Below are positions 1-12,071 of a DNA stretch of 64,000 nucleotides, piece after piece. The stretch is taken from NCBI GenBank assembly GCA_002633005.1, contig NMRA01000182.1:195077-259076 (forward strand). Reading direction: 5' to 3'. Position 1 is the first letter of the stretch. The number at the start of each line of letters is the position of its first letter. The stretch comes from Phoronis australis (lineage: Eukaryota > Animalia > Phoronida). A program made the position numbers and the translations under genes. The notes under the pieces were generated by a model, which saw only the letters and a list, made by a program, of their open reading frames with translations, searched no databases and had not been told where the DNA came from.

Positions 1-610
1 TTGCAAAAGTGCAGACGTTGCGTTCAGTTGCTGCTTCATGGTATTCATCCTATACTATCAGCTTTATTTGTTTCCAATATTTATTTGAATTATGTTTTTT
101 AATGGCAAAAGATTGAGTGGTCTACTACAATGCTCAATTGTTGTTCCATATACAGTGACTTTAGTGAAGAAAACAGCACTAGCCATCAAGTCACAATCAA
201 ATTCTTAATATGTAGTTTAAGAAAAGCTTGAACAACATCAGATAATGTTATTGTTGAGTAATAACCATGAAAGTGTACAAGCATGTTCGATGACTGCAGA
301 TCATCACCTTTCCTATTTAGTGAAAAGTGAAAAAGGAAACAAGAAGTTTTGCCGGAGTCATCATTTTATCACTAAGTAAGGACAGTTACTGTAAAATCCA
401 CAAGAGGCATTGGCCTAGGATGTGCATTTCAACATGAAAAAACTCCAGATATTAAATATTTATTTGGTGAATGCTCAATCGGTACCTATTTACATGTTAC
501 TGTTCAGCAGGCTTTTACCAATTATAAGTATCAAAATCTAAAATTATATTTTTTTCAATTTGTTACATTCAGTTGATGTGCTTGATTTTAGGTCAACACA
601 GTTTGAAACA

Positions 611-1337
611 TTAAAGTGCTTTCTCATTAAGGGAAGTTCAGTTTACCGATTAAGGGAAGTTCAGTTTAACGAAGCTTTGCCGAAACTGCACCTACCTTTC
701 CCACTTAATAGCGATACCGAATTTATAGCTATAACAGACGTACAACTATTATTAAAATCTCTTAGTCCATTTACACCGACCTCTTGTCTAGTTACATTGT
801 CATGACATTTCGGTGGGCCTATTCTCTGGCCATCGTCAGGTGTTCCTGCGCTCTTAGAATGAGCACAGATATGTGGTACACTCATCATGGTGTGATTTTT
901 TGTCCAAGGAAGGATTTGAACCCAAAGTCATTTTAGAAAGTGAATACTGAGTAGTGGGTTCGAGGCTCACTGAAAATGGTTCGCCTGCCATTTACGAGTG
1001 TTTATGAAAATGATCAGTGTCATACTTCGTCAGATATGTTTTCTTTTATTTATTTACGTCCCTCTATTGAGAGCACATCGGCTACTCTGCAGTAACAAAG
1101 AATATGCATTGCAAGTCTTGCGTATATCCTTGCCGCGACCTCTAACAATAACTTCAACGCTTCACTTTTAGTCTTCCCACTACACCGAAGCTCCGGTTAG
1201 CATCGAAGCTTCACTTCTGTATCCTACCATTTTAAGGGAAGTTTCACTTGCAGATTAACTACCAGAATTAACCTTTCCCACTCATCAAAACTTCGTTAAA
1301 AGTGAAGTTTCACTTCTAATGTGAAAGCGACTTCAGT
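611..1337. mobile_element. MITE-like non-autonomous DNA element with degenerate terminal inverted repeats, in an RNF207 intron
   Basis: The left end TAAAGTGCTTTCTCATTAAGGGAAGTTCAGTTT..AACGAAGCTTTG roughly matches the reverse complement of ~1287-1337 (TGAAGTCGCTTTCACATTAGAAGTGAAACTTCACTTTTAACGAAGTTTTG). TTAAGGGAAGTT and ACCTTTCCCACT recur internally. No convincing coding ORF. Confidence 0.55.
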
Positions 1338-2254
1338 GACTTCAATCAATATGGCATAAGTCACAACAATCAAGGAATAAAAGGCTGATAAGATTGATGA
1401 GAATTATGATAAACGGGCAGATCAAATGACTAAGTCGAAAGCGCCCAAATGCTCCCATCAGACATCTTTTGGCCACTTCAAACATTCACTGCCCTGACTG
1501 ACAAAACATTGCCTAGCTTTATCACATCCCTACCACTCGATATTGGGACAAGCAGTTAAGTGCACTCAAAATGCCGAACTATGTCATAGTCCTTTCAGCC
1601 CTCTCATGGTAAGAAAACAACCAGTCAAATGAGATAAAATAACAAATGCCCATAAGGCTGATCAGCTCTAGGGACGTTCATATGTGAATTATTTTTCAGG
1701 CGGCAGATTTGCCCTCTGATCAAAGGGCATGCACACATTATAAAAGCCTTATTCAAGGTAGACAGTTGAGTAGTTTGAAACACCTCAGTCTGAATGTTTT
1801 CATTTTAAAGACAAATCTACAATGGTTGGTGCATTAGGTCGCTTACACAAATGAGATGAGCAGAAGAATCATTTTTTCTGCTGAGGTACGCAACATAAAA
1901 TACCATCACATAGCTATTCAAATGCGAATAGCTATGTTTAATATATTGAACAGTTTTCCATAGGTAGGTAGATTTAAGGCGGGCCGGAGTGGGCGTGGCC
2001 CTCCACTGTGGCTATCACCAAAAAAACATGCCAGCATACTGTTTTTAGTACATCACAAATGCTTGTACTGGACATTGGTGGTTGTGCTCCAATCGCAACA
2101 TCCTAGATACACACTGACTGATATGATGACGCATAACTGGGAGGCATAACTTTCAATGGAACAAATGTTATGACCTTAGAGTTCATTTTAGAATTTGAAA
2201 GGCAAACAATACTAAACGTGCACACAGACTAGTCAAAACCATGGCGTCCAATGA

Positions 2255-2322
2255 CCCACAAACAAACAAACAATAAATGCCAATCATAACCTCCCCCAAT
2301 GGAATTGGGGGAGGCAAAAATT
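2255..2322. mobile_element. Terminal remnant of a HINE/Helentron-like element (AAAC microsatellite plus hairpin)
   Basis: (AAAC)n is followed by the perfect hairpin CCTCCCCCAA-TGGAA-TTGGGGGAGG and an A run, the usual end architecture of DINE-1/HINE-type elements. Confidence 0.5.
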
Positions 2323-2346
2323 AAAGTATTGAGGACATGCGCTCAC

Positions 2347-2549
2347 CTTTTCCCACTATTGCTATGATTGCCGCTGTAAGACTTGCCAGAGTACGCTGAG
2401 TCCTTGGGATAGGAAAGAGATCGGAAAGGAAGGAGCGTCTCCAAGCATCGTGCAAATTCCAGCTTGTAGTCGGTATGAATGGTGCTACCCTGGCACATGT
2501 GAATGGGGTGGGGTAGGTCGGCGATGGACTGGAGACGGTTGATGAGTAT
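2347..2549 (-). CDS. RNF207: RNF207 coding exon 8 (ILINRLQSIADLPHP...YKLEFARCLETLLPF...); gene continues toward and beyond the window start
   Basis: cag acceptor at 2552-2550 and gtgagc donor. EFARCLE matches vertebrate RNF207 (recalled). Phase fits the preceding exon. Confidence 0.85.
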
Positions 2550-3116
2550 CTGAAACAGGTTGGACAAGACTAAATTATTGTAAAATGTCACCAATTTTGG
2601 ACACAATATGGCGGACAAGTTAAATTATATTTTCTCAATTTTCCACTAAACATGTGTAGCACTAAATTGTTGCTTTTCCATGTTCAAGTTCTGCATCATA
2701 GTTACTACCAAATTGTGAACATTCACAACATTAGAATCCTTTTAAAAATTAAAAGGGGTAATTTTGATAATCATTTTTATCCAAAATTGGTGAGTTTGTG
2801 CTACAATAAATGCTCATGTGTAGTAGGTTGGCAATGAATTGATAATGGTTGATGTATAATCTATCTGAACAGAACGGGTAAGACATTGTTGAAACGAATA
2901 TTCATCGGGTGGGGCAGATCAGCTATGGATTGAAGATGATTGGTGAATTTCTGATAATTGTAATGAATATTCATGGTTCAGGAATCTAACCTGTCAGATT
3001 GAACAACCTTAAATTGATTCTTGAGAGTAGGGGATATGTTTCCTGCAATGTTTCATATTGAGTACGCACTGCCGCTTGTATAGAAACTGTAAAACAATCA
3101 AGATGAGAGAACTTAC

Positions 3117-3258
3117 GTAGGCCAGGTCAAGGAACTCGTACTTGTTTGCTGAACTACTGAAGACTGTGCAGGTGACTAGGTTGATGTGCAGAGTGGGTAG
3201 GAGGGCATTGAGGGTCGTCAGCTGCTCCTTCAAGATGGTCTCACGCTCTTGATACTGC
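3117..3258 (-). CDS. RNF207: RNF207 coding exon 7 (QYQERETILKEQLTTLNALLPTLHINLVTC...ANKYEFLDLAY)
   Basis: AG/GT boundaries with consistent phases. Resembles the RNF207 segment KEQLSHLATLLPTLQVHLV..ANKAEFLDLGY. Confidence 0.88.
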
Positions 3259-3753
3259 CTGTTGAAGTATACGCACTTTGTAAAGTGAATGAGGGGCAGG
3301 TGACAAGTGGAGGAGTGGGCGCAAAGGTGGGGGGAAAGAGAGGGGGGTAGGAGAAATCTGGAGGGTGGTAGGAGCTAGTTTTTAAAAGAAAGAGGGCAAC
3401 GGATGAGGCAAGGTAGGCAAAAGAAGGGGCGAGGGAAGCAAAGGATGGGGTGAGAGGCAGAGACGAGGCAGGGGCGACGCAGCAGGCAAAGGAGGGGGTT
3501 AGGGAGGAAAGGCAGGCAGGCAGGAAAGGGAGTCACTTTTAGCATGACACTGCTTCCATGTTGGTGTAATGCGTGAGAACTATTCATTACCGCACGTGTT
3601 TTTGTTTTTAAAAAAGTAATAAGCACAGAATTGATAATTATTTGAGAAACCTCATCACCACATTATTAAACCAGAGTGCTGTATCAACACAATCCAACAT
3701 TTAAAGTATAAGTGTGTGGTTTTTAAATGAATACGCAAATTGGTAAATCTTAC

Positions 3754-3926
3754 CGATCAACATCCTGAAGGAGATTGTCTTTTTTATGCAAAATTTTCTC
3801 CTGCATAGTTGCAAACAAGTCACTGATGGCTTCTTTTTCCGAAATACTGTTTTTATGAAGTTCATCAAGGAGATTCTTCAGTTGAGCAATGGCATCTTGT
3901 ACCAAATTCTGAAGCTGTCGAATTTG
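3754..3926 (-). CDS. RNF207: RNF207 coding exon 6 (coiled coil QIRQLQNLVQDAIAQLKNLLDELHK...LLQDVDR)
   Basis: tag acceptor and gtaaga donor. 173 nt, open frame, phase 0 to 2. Confidence 0.85.
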
Positions 3927-4272
3927 CTATAAAAAATGTAATTTATAACTAACTATACTCGGCTAGAAGTAAGGCGTGAAATTTAGAACTAGATGAGATT
4001 GCACTCACAACCAGAAATAAAACATTTACATGGCACATGATTATACAAGCAAAAAATTAAGATGTAGATTCAGACATATCATCAAGACAGTATCAGTGAT
4101 ACGTTATTTAATATTAGGTATAGATTGGGCACTATTAAATGCACTAAGCTCACTCCATAATGCTCAGTGAGGTGAAATTAATTATGGCCCAATGTTATAG
4201 TACAACTTACAGTAATAAATATTTCTATAAAGATCCAACTAGGTGAACTCAGTTCTAAAGCTCATTCATTAC

Positions 4273-4348
4273 CTGAACAGCTTGGTCTAACTTTTTACAT
4301 CCCTGGTTATAGGCTGACTCTAAGTCTATACAGTGAGATCGCATCGTT
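4273..4348 (-). CDS. RNF207: RNF207 coding exon 5 (TMRSHCIDLESAYNQGCKKLDQAVQ)
   Basis: cag/gt boundaries. HCxDLESAYxQGC motif as in RNF207. Confidence 0.88.
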
Positions 4349-4699
4349 CTGTAAAAAGAACATTGAAACAAGTCAACTCCAAAGATAAGCCCACAAGACA
4401 TGTCAAGGGTTTTAACATGATTATGAATGCCGGCAATTTTTCAAAAAAATATTTCTGACTATAGCTAATTTAAAAGTACATAACTTGAAAATGGCAAAGC
4501 CTAGTTGGTGCTGTTTATGATTTAAGGAAGAAGCAAATTATCAGTTGGCCATCATATTGTGTCCCGAGATTATAGTGGCATATACTTAGGTTTCTGAACC
4601 CAAGACTATAGCAACTTTAATTTAACAGACTGCTGCAATTTGTAATAACTTTTCACAAAAATGTCCATCTTATACATAATTCCATATATCAGAGCTTAC

Positions 4700-4781
4700 A
4701 TGTCGGTGTCTCTAAAGCAGTTAATGCACAACATCGCTTTCTTCTGTTTGCAGAACATAATGTATGGTTCATTGTGAAGAG
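4700..4781 (-). CDS. RNF207: RNF207 coding exon 4 (LHNEPYIMFCKQKKAMLCINCFRD)
   Basis: cag/gtaagc boundaries. Second B-box-like segment with consistent phases. Confidence 0.88.
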
Positions 4782-6836
4782 CTGAAACAAAATTAAGCAT
4801 CAAGAATGCAAGACAAAATACTGTTTTCTACAGTTGATAGATCACCATGTAGTGTTATGTGAAACAGAATTAACAAAATTTAATCAAATAAAAGAATTTT
4901 AAAACATTTGAGCTCTTTTCTTCTCTTCACAGAAAATTATGCAACACTCAATATGAAGGACTAAAAATGTCCACAGCCACCTTAACTAAACTTAATTCTT
5001 TGTGCAAATTATATCATAAGCCATTTGATCAAATGTTTTGCGCATAAACAGTATTTACTCTTAAATAATAAAACATCAAAAATTTATGCTTTGAATTCTA
5101 CATGATTCACATGAAAAAGCCAAAGACACGCTTTCATTACATGTTAATGAACTACTTAGATGAGAAAGCGCTACAGATATCAGCAAGTTAGCATAAACTT
5201 CCCATTTATAATTCATACGCTTTTTCCTAAGTGGTACCGCGGTATTTTTCTGCAGGCACTTTGACAGAGAAACTCCAGGAAATATTTAATCATGTACATG
5301 TGCAATGCAGTGTGTTAAACAACAAAACCAATCCAACAAGACACAACAACACTTTTCATTGACTAAATTCTTAGAAGCAGTATCTTATGGTGACTGCACA
5401 ATTCAATTATCTTATTCCACGAAGATTCACGTTGTCTCGTTAAAAATTAACCAAAGAGGAAATAATGATGTTCACATGCTGTGTAGTTCACCACTGGCAA
5501 GACTAAAGTTCATGAATATTTCAATGTTACTTTTCCTTGTAAGCGGCAAACTCTTTAACAATGAGAATATATTAATAATTAATGGAACACCATTACGTGC
5601 TAGACTAGTATACCACAGGGTTCTAGACCACTTACCTGTTACACTAAACACGTATACAACAGGTTCTTGCTATACTCACAAATTTCTAATTCCGATTTCA
5701 TTTACTTATTTTGACAAGCTAGTGTTCTAAAAAATCTCACCAGCATTTCATAGATCTCAGAAACAAGCTCCTTTCTCACTGAGACTGCTGGTCGCAATCT
5801 AACGAAGGAAGGAAACGATGGGGTGTTAAATCGTGGACATATATGTGTGTAGTAGATTACACCCTATTTGAAGGGACAAGTAGGATCATCTCTAGTTCAA
5901 CATTTCCAAAAGCAGACAAAATATATCGTAAAATGTAACCAAGTTAGAACACAATGAGGTAGACAAGGCAATATTTGTTTTTTTTTTATTTACATAAAAG
6001 ACAAGCAACGTGAAAATAAAATCAAAAGTTCTACATCACAACTACCATCAAACAATGCTTTGAGACTCTGTGGGCATTCACAGAAATGTTGTAAACCTTT
6101 AAAAATGAAAGATGGTGAGTTTTGTCAATTATTTATGTTGGAAATTGGTGAGAGTTTAACAAAATCTTTTTGAATAACTCCTCTATAGATATACCCCATC
6201 AAGAAATTGCACTACAAAAACGTTGATAGAATTCGTTAATTTTTTGAAAACTTTAAATTAATGGCTACAATCCATTGTTGGTGCAGGTCCATACCAACTC
6301 ATTTTGAAACCTGATCCTCACTACTGCCAAAAAACGCACACAAGCACGGTTTCAATGCCACGGTGAGCTAAGCGAACCACAAGCACTTTCAAACTACAAA
6401 AAAATACCACATCTATTTCAAAACTACATAGACCAGAACCAGCTATGCCTTTCTTTGGCCTAAGTATGCAGGCCATTTACCCCCTCAACCCAGCAGACAT
6501 TTCTAGGCTTCTGAATGTGTTGATAGCTACAAATGATTATTTAGTGTGCAGTCACAAATGTTTTCATTCCTTCAAGACTCAAAGACAGAAATGAGCCAAA
6601 GTTGAAACACTAAAATATAAATTGCAAAAGTACAATTGTAGGAAACTAAAAACTTTTGTCCTGGACGTCTTTTTAATACGCTGGTACAAAACTACAGTCT
6701 TGAATGTCATTTTAAAACGAAAATTATGTAGCGCGAAATTTACTCCTCAATCAAGTACAGGTGTGTTTTGTGTGTGTGTTGGTGTTAGTTTCTGTTGAAA
6801 CCACATGATTTCTAAGCCATTAACACTACTTCCATG

Positions 6837-6988
6837 TTTTCCGTTCACATGACTCTCCAGTGCGTACCACCACATTTTCCATTCACATGACTCTCCTGTG
6901 CGTACCACCACATTTTCCGTTCACATGACTCTCCTGTGCGTACCACCACATTTTCTGTTCACACAATTCTCCAGTGCCTACCACAACC
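6837..6988. repeat. 38-bp minisatellite, about 4 copies
   Basis: Unit TTTTCCGTTCACATGACTCTCC(A/T)GTGCGTACCACCACA starts at 6837, 6875, 6913 and 6951 (last copy diverged). Confidence 0.9.
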
Positions 6989-7012
6989 ACAGCCACAAAT
7001 TCAGCTACTTAC

Positions 7013-7157
7013 TGCATTTGCGATGGATGTCTTTTGTTCGTTTAGACATCTTGACAACGTCGTGCGCTTGGAACATCCTCGCCTTGTGCGTTTCCTCACG
7101 ACAGTTGGCGCACAGCGGCTGGTTACACGTGTTACAGAAGAACATGCCACTGTCCGC
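7013..7157 (-). CDS. RNF207: RNF207 coding exon 3, B-box (FFCNTCNQPLCANCREETHKARMFQAHDVV)
   Basis: cag/gtaagt boundaries. B-box Cys/His pattern is close to RNF207. Confidence 0.92.
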
Positions 7158-7676
7158 CTGCAACAGACGTCTACCAAGTGAACACAGCAATATTGATACA
7201 GAAACTACCTATAGTGCTGACCATGAAGTTGACATTAAAACACCGCATATGAAACAGACCAAATAATACTACAAAGCGGTTTCAACTTGTCCTTCACCAT
7301 GGTTAGGGATTAAAGTTTTGGAAGAAGTGACAAAACATCTTTGCTTTAGACTGAAGTTGGTCTGAGAAAGACAAAGCATTCATGCACCAAGAACAAGGTT
7401 GCTAATAGGTCGTCTCCTTCCTAAATGCCGAAAAAATCACTTAAAAGCCTATTGTAGTTGAGACTGCAGTAGTCAACAGGGTGTGTAGTTTACAACTAAC
7501 ATGTAAAAATATGTAAGAACTTATTTAGTGATATTGTTTAAACTGTCAATAAAAACCATACATTAGTGGCACAACTGAGGGACTGCATGGCCTCCGCTAC
7601 ATGTTGGCATAGTGCACTTTTCCAAGTGCTTGAACACCATTGGTTTGTGTTTTCATGTAGATAGTACACAACTCAC

Positions 7677-7782
7677 CTGATCACAGTTAGCACATAGGAC
7701 CCGTTCTTCTACAGAAGACTCCACCAAGAACTTGAGCAGAGGGTCAGGGGGTGGGACTTTGTCAGACACTTCAGTCACCATA
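7677..7782 (-). CDS. RNF207: RNF207 coding exon 2 (MVTEVSDKVPPPDPLLKFLVESSVEERVLCANCDQ)
   Basis: cag/gtgagt boundaries. LLxFLVxSS..CANCD motif. Confidence 0.9.
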
Positions 7783-9511
7783 CTGTGGACAAAGCAAAGT
7801 TTATAGTAGTCGTGTATTGCTAACAGAAGTACCTGACATTTAAACTAGGTAGAGCACATCCTCAGATAAATTTGAGAGAAAGAATGGTGCCGGGTGTGTT
7901 CTATACTTAAGTTTCTTGCGAGATGAGAGATCATGCAAGACCACATACAATAACACGAGTGAATGAGTATTTGTCAAGTAAGCGCCAGCAAAATGGCTAC
8001 AATGACTCAAGTGACTGATCTCTAAGACGGAAATGTTGAATCATTAGCTAGAATTCACTGTTTGCGTTCCATAAGCAAAAATTTCTTTCCGCAAGTGTGT
8101 ACCAAGTGCCTTACAAAACACAACTCTGGCTTTTCTCAAAACTTGGTTCCCAGGTCATGATTCTCTGGCTAAAACATGCTGCTCTCTGTGAGTTTTCAAT
8201 TGCAAAAATGTGCCTTAACAAACATCAATCGCACAAATTCCAGTGAATGGCAGACTTGCGTATTACTCAGAGTAGGTTACTACATAACAGTTTGTCATCA
8301 CAATACGTCACTAAGAATTCTTATGCACTGATGCCACATAATGCATTTGCCAAAAATGAACTCTGAATAACCAATGCGTCGCTCAAATTCTATCAATAGA
8401 ACATACAAGCATATGCTAGACCAACTTCATGTTGATCCAACACTAGCATTACAAGGAAATTGAAGATATCACTTGAGATGCTTCCTCTTCCAATGTGGAA
8501 ACTAAATCGGGACATGAAAAACAAATCAGTCATCAAGGTCAGTGCTGACACCGTTAGAGTTTATCTTAGCTTCAAATTGGCATCAGTTTTGACAATGACG
8601 ATGAATAAAAAAGTCTAATTGAGAGGTTGCTCAAGCTTTGCAGAAAACTGAATTTTTGTCACAAACACTGGATAGACCCGTCTCAAATTACCACACCGTA
8701 ATGCTGAACCCATCAATTTTTACCCACAATGCCACACATTTGACACGGTATAACATCACGACTACTGGGGTGGTGGTTATTATTTCACTAGTCAAAATAA
8801 TTGTATCGTCGCCACTCTTGAGCCAGCAGTCCACTGTTAGTTGTAATAATGACACCAGGAAATTGACAAGCTGCACTGATAAGTCTAATCTTCAAGGATG
8901 CACAGCATATTGTTCTTCACTTGTCAGTCTCACCCCAAAAACTAGGTCAATCGCACAATGCATTATTTTTTTCACTCTACAAGAGAGGAAAGTTCATTCC
9001 AACCTGATGTAATTGATTAATCGGAAAAAACACACAGAGAAAATATTTTCACTTTCATGAACAGTGTCATTTCATGCACAGAAAAACCAACATTAGCCTC
9101 AGCTTTAGGACAGATAACTTGACCCTTGGGCTATTTGTTGCCTAGAACCTGTATAGCAGTAGGGTAAGACAAGCTAGAAAAAAATGGGAAAATCACACAT
9201 TGCTAAGTTGTGTTGACTAGTGGAGTTCATTAAATAGTCAGTAATTTTAATAATTCAGCCAAAATATTTAAGATACCTTGACAGTTTCAACAAGAAAATC
9301 CATGTTTTGTTCATAATTATAGCTGTATGACACGCCATCTGCTGGTCACATTGCGAACAAGTCATGAATTTTCCTGATGGAATCTGTCAAGGCACCTTTA
9401 GTTATTAAATAAGTTTCTGGTCATCTTGTTAGAGCTTTTCATTATTGTCATTATTAAAGTCAAGCTTTGTTGGTAACGAATATATTCGAATACCCAAAAT
9501 AATCTACGTAC

Positions 9512-9702
9512 CCACACAGAGGGCATGTGGTATGTCCATCAGACGCTCTTCCACACAGACAACGGGAACAAAACGAGTGGAAACAGCTGAGTAGACACGG
9601 CTCCTCAAACTGTTCATTGCAGAGGTAACACAGCAGTGGGTTGCGGCGAAGCTCACCCAGGTCGACATCTTCGATAGTTGGTTGAAAGATGCCTCCTGAC
9701 AT
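9512..9702 (-). CDS. RNF207: RNF207 first coding exon, RING finger (MSGGIFQP...CYLCNEQFEEPCLLSCFHSFCSRC...CPLCG)
   Basis: ATG at 9702, C3HC4 RING, gtacgt donor. The N-terminus MSGxIF matches RNF207. Confidence 0.92.
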
Positions 9703-11479
9703 AGTTCTGTTCCGAGACTGACGTGGTTGGCCAGAGTGGTCGTCACACAAAATCACATCGTTAGCCACGGTTTCCACGTTTCAGGCTTTCAGCAATCCCT
9801 GAATGAATAGAGAAGACAATCACTGAGCAGATGAGACAATCAATCAATCATTGAACAGAGAAGATAATCACTGAACGAAGAGATAATCAATGTACAATAC
9901 GTACTATCTACATTAAATAATAACTAACACCTGATGGGTAATTTGCTTACATTTAATGATGAAAATCTTTCTGTAAAGCTCTGCAATTTTTTGCCCAAAT
10001 TTATTATAGGCCCTATTTGCCAGTTTGAAAATTTACGCTTCACATAACTTAGGAATAGAACCCTGCGTACAAGCAAATTTCTGAAGCCCAGTGCATGGTC
10101 AGTGATGGCAGATTTATGGAAGATGGTTTTGGAAGTACATCTTTAACTACAAAGCAATCATGTGATCGTTTGAAAGAAAACTACCATTGCAGACACTGAC
10201 AGAGAATCGATCCACATCAGAAAAAGTGATGACCATGGATAACACATACACCCAAACCGCCACACAGAGAGCGTCCCTCCCAACTCAAGTCACATTACTT
10301 ATAACACATGCTTACATCTACATCACTTTGACAAAGAGTTTCAAAAAAGATGGCTGAAAATATTTAATAGATACGTAATCCCTAGACTGTGAAAAAACGA
10401 AACCAGCTGCACTAAAATGGCAGCAATAGTGAAGTAATTAGTCAGTGAGATTTAGCACAGCTCCAACTTCCAGACTGCAGTCAGCTTCACGCAAGACAAA
10501 AATAAAGACTGTAATTAATTTCCTATTTTGGAAAGTCAAGTGATTTAATTGATTAGCTCAAGAGGTGTTGCTTCGGAACAGTGCATTTACGATGAATGAA
10601 CACCAGCGCAGTATTCACGGACAGTCAGAATATAAATGTGTCTGTCGCTACTAAGCAGGCATAAACATGGAATTTAAAGAAAAAATTTTATTGTGATGAA
10701 GGAACCACTGCTCTGTGCCCTTTTGTTCGGGTTCAGGTGGCCAGTCTATAATCTACACGTTTATTTTTATGACCAGTCTAGGCAATGACCAGCATAACTT
10801 TCCGTGACAAACTGGCAATTGCCGTTCATCCGTAACTCATCGGATAATTCCGTATCATCCTTCACTTTCGCGGGACCAAGGAGTTGATCCAAACAGGCTT
10901 TTTGGGAAGATTTTTGTGCTTTGACCGCGAATTTCTTGTGAACTCGGTGAAGCAGGACACCGTAAATGGTATTGGGAGAAAGAACAATACCTCATGGTTT
11001 ATTGAATGTCTGTTTTGTATAAATTTATTGAGTTTTGTGTTTGCTATGGACGGCTGAAGTGAAGCAACTGTGTAATTTCTAGTCCGGAGTGTCATACCTT
11101 GTAGTATTATATAGTGTATTGGGAACGATCACAAGCTGAGGACGCCTGTTTACAACACAGCCCTGGGCTGTGGCTCACTGAGCCCGTGTCTCTGATCACA
11201 ACCACAGGTACTGCTCTAAGCCATGTTACCTAGTACCAATATGACATTATTCTTCAGTGGTACAGTGCAGAACAGGCAGGGTTAACCCTGAGGCTTAACT
11301 TAGTCGTGTAACACAGACTAGATGTTGTAACAAAACTTGATTAAACTAAGTGAATCGGAATGCTTCCGCTTACACATTATCTGTTGAAAGAAAACGATGT
11401 ACTCTGTGAGAGTTTTACAGCGGTAAAAGTGTGCACAAGTACCAAGCATATTTGAGGAGTCGAAAAAATAACGACTTAC

Positions 11480-12071
11480 CTTTCACAATGACAGGAAAAT
11501 AACGTTTTTAAAAATCCGGCAAACCCAAAAAATCTTTCAGTCTTCGTTGTCTGGTGGGCGCCATGACACTTTTGACCTATTTACTCTTCGTCCGACAGGG
11601 TGCGTAGTTTGGACATGGTTGATAAATTTTTTATTCTGAAACCATTTGTGACTTAGTACATGTGGGAATATTACGATATCGTTGTAATCGCCAGTCTAGC
11701 AGCAACAGGGCTCTTGGATCGGGTGGAAAAACTATACCGTTTGAGAACTGCTTGCGAGCACCTGAAGACAAAGTCGTCAACAGACGACTGGCCAGACAAG
11801 TGAATGGTCACTTCTGTCATCAACTCTGGTCGACATATTGACATGTGAACCAAAAGGTGGTTGAGTCATTTCACTTACACTGACACATTTGAGCGGGTCC
11901 GTGAAGTTAATTGCACTTTTCACTTTAAACTTCACTGTAAATTGAATTTTAACCACACGCAGTGTGCAAATTTCTCAGATTGGTGACTTAGGACAGCACA
12001 GGGTCTCAGAGAGGAAATTCCACTACAACTTGGAACTTATAATTGCTAGACTCATTCCCAAGATTGTCATA
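11480..12071. promoter_or_regulatory. Probable bidirectional promoter and 5' leader region shared by RNF207 (-) and PORCN (+)
   Basis: Strong minus-strand donor AAG|gtaagt at 11480/11479 marks a putative non-coding RNF207 exon 1. The PORCN ATG is about 600 bp away on the other strand. The region is locally richer in CpG. Confidence 0.5.

Noticed and set aside
1-49. Possible next RNF207 exon at the window edge
   Set aside because: A tag acceptor at 52-50 and open frames exist, but the segment is truncated and I cannot fix the frame or homology.
11964-12071. 36-aa N-terminal extension of Porcupine in the ORF track
   Set aside because: It depends on a GTG start. The first ATG is at 12072 and gives an acidic MDY.. 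N-terminus like other invertebrate Porcupines.
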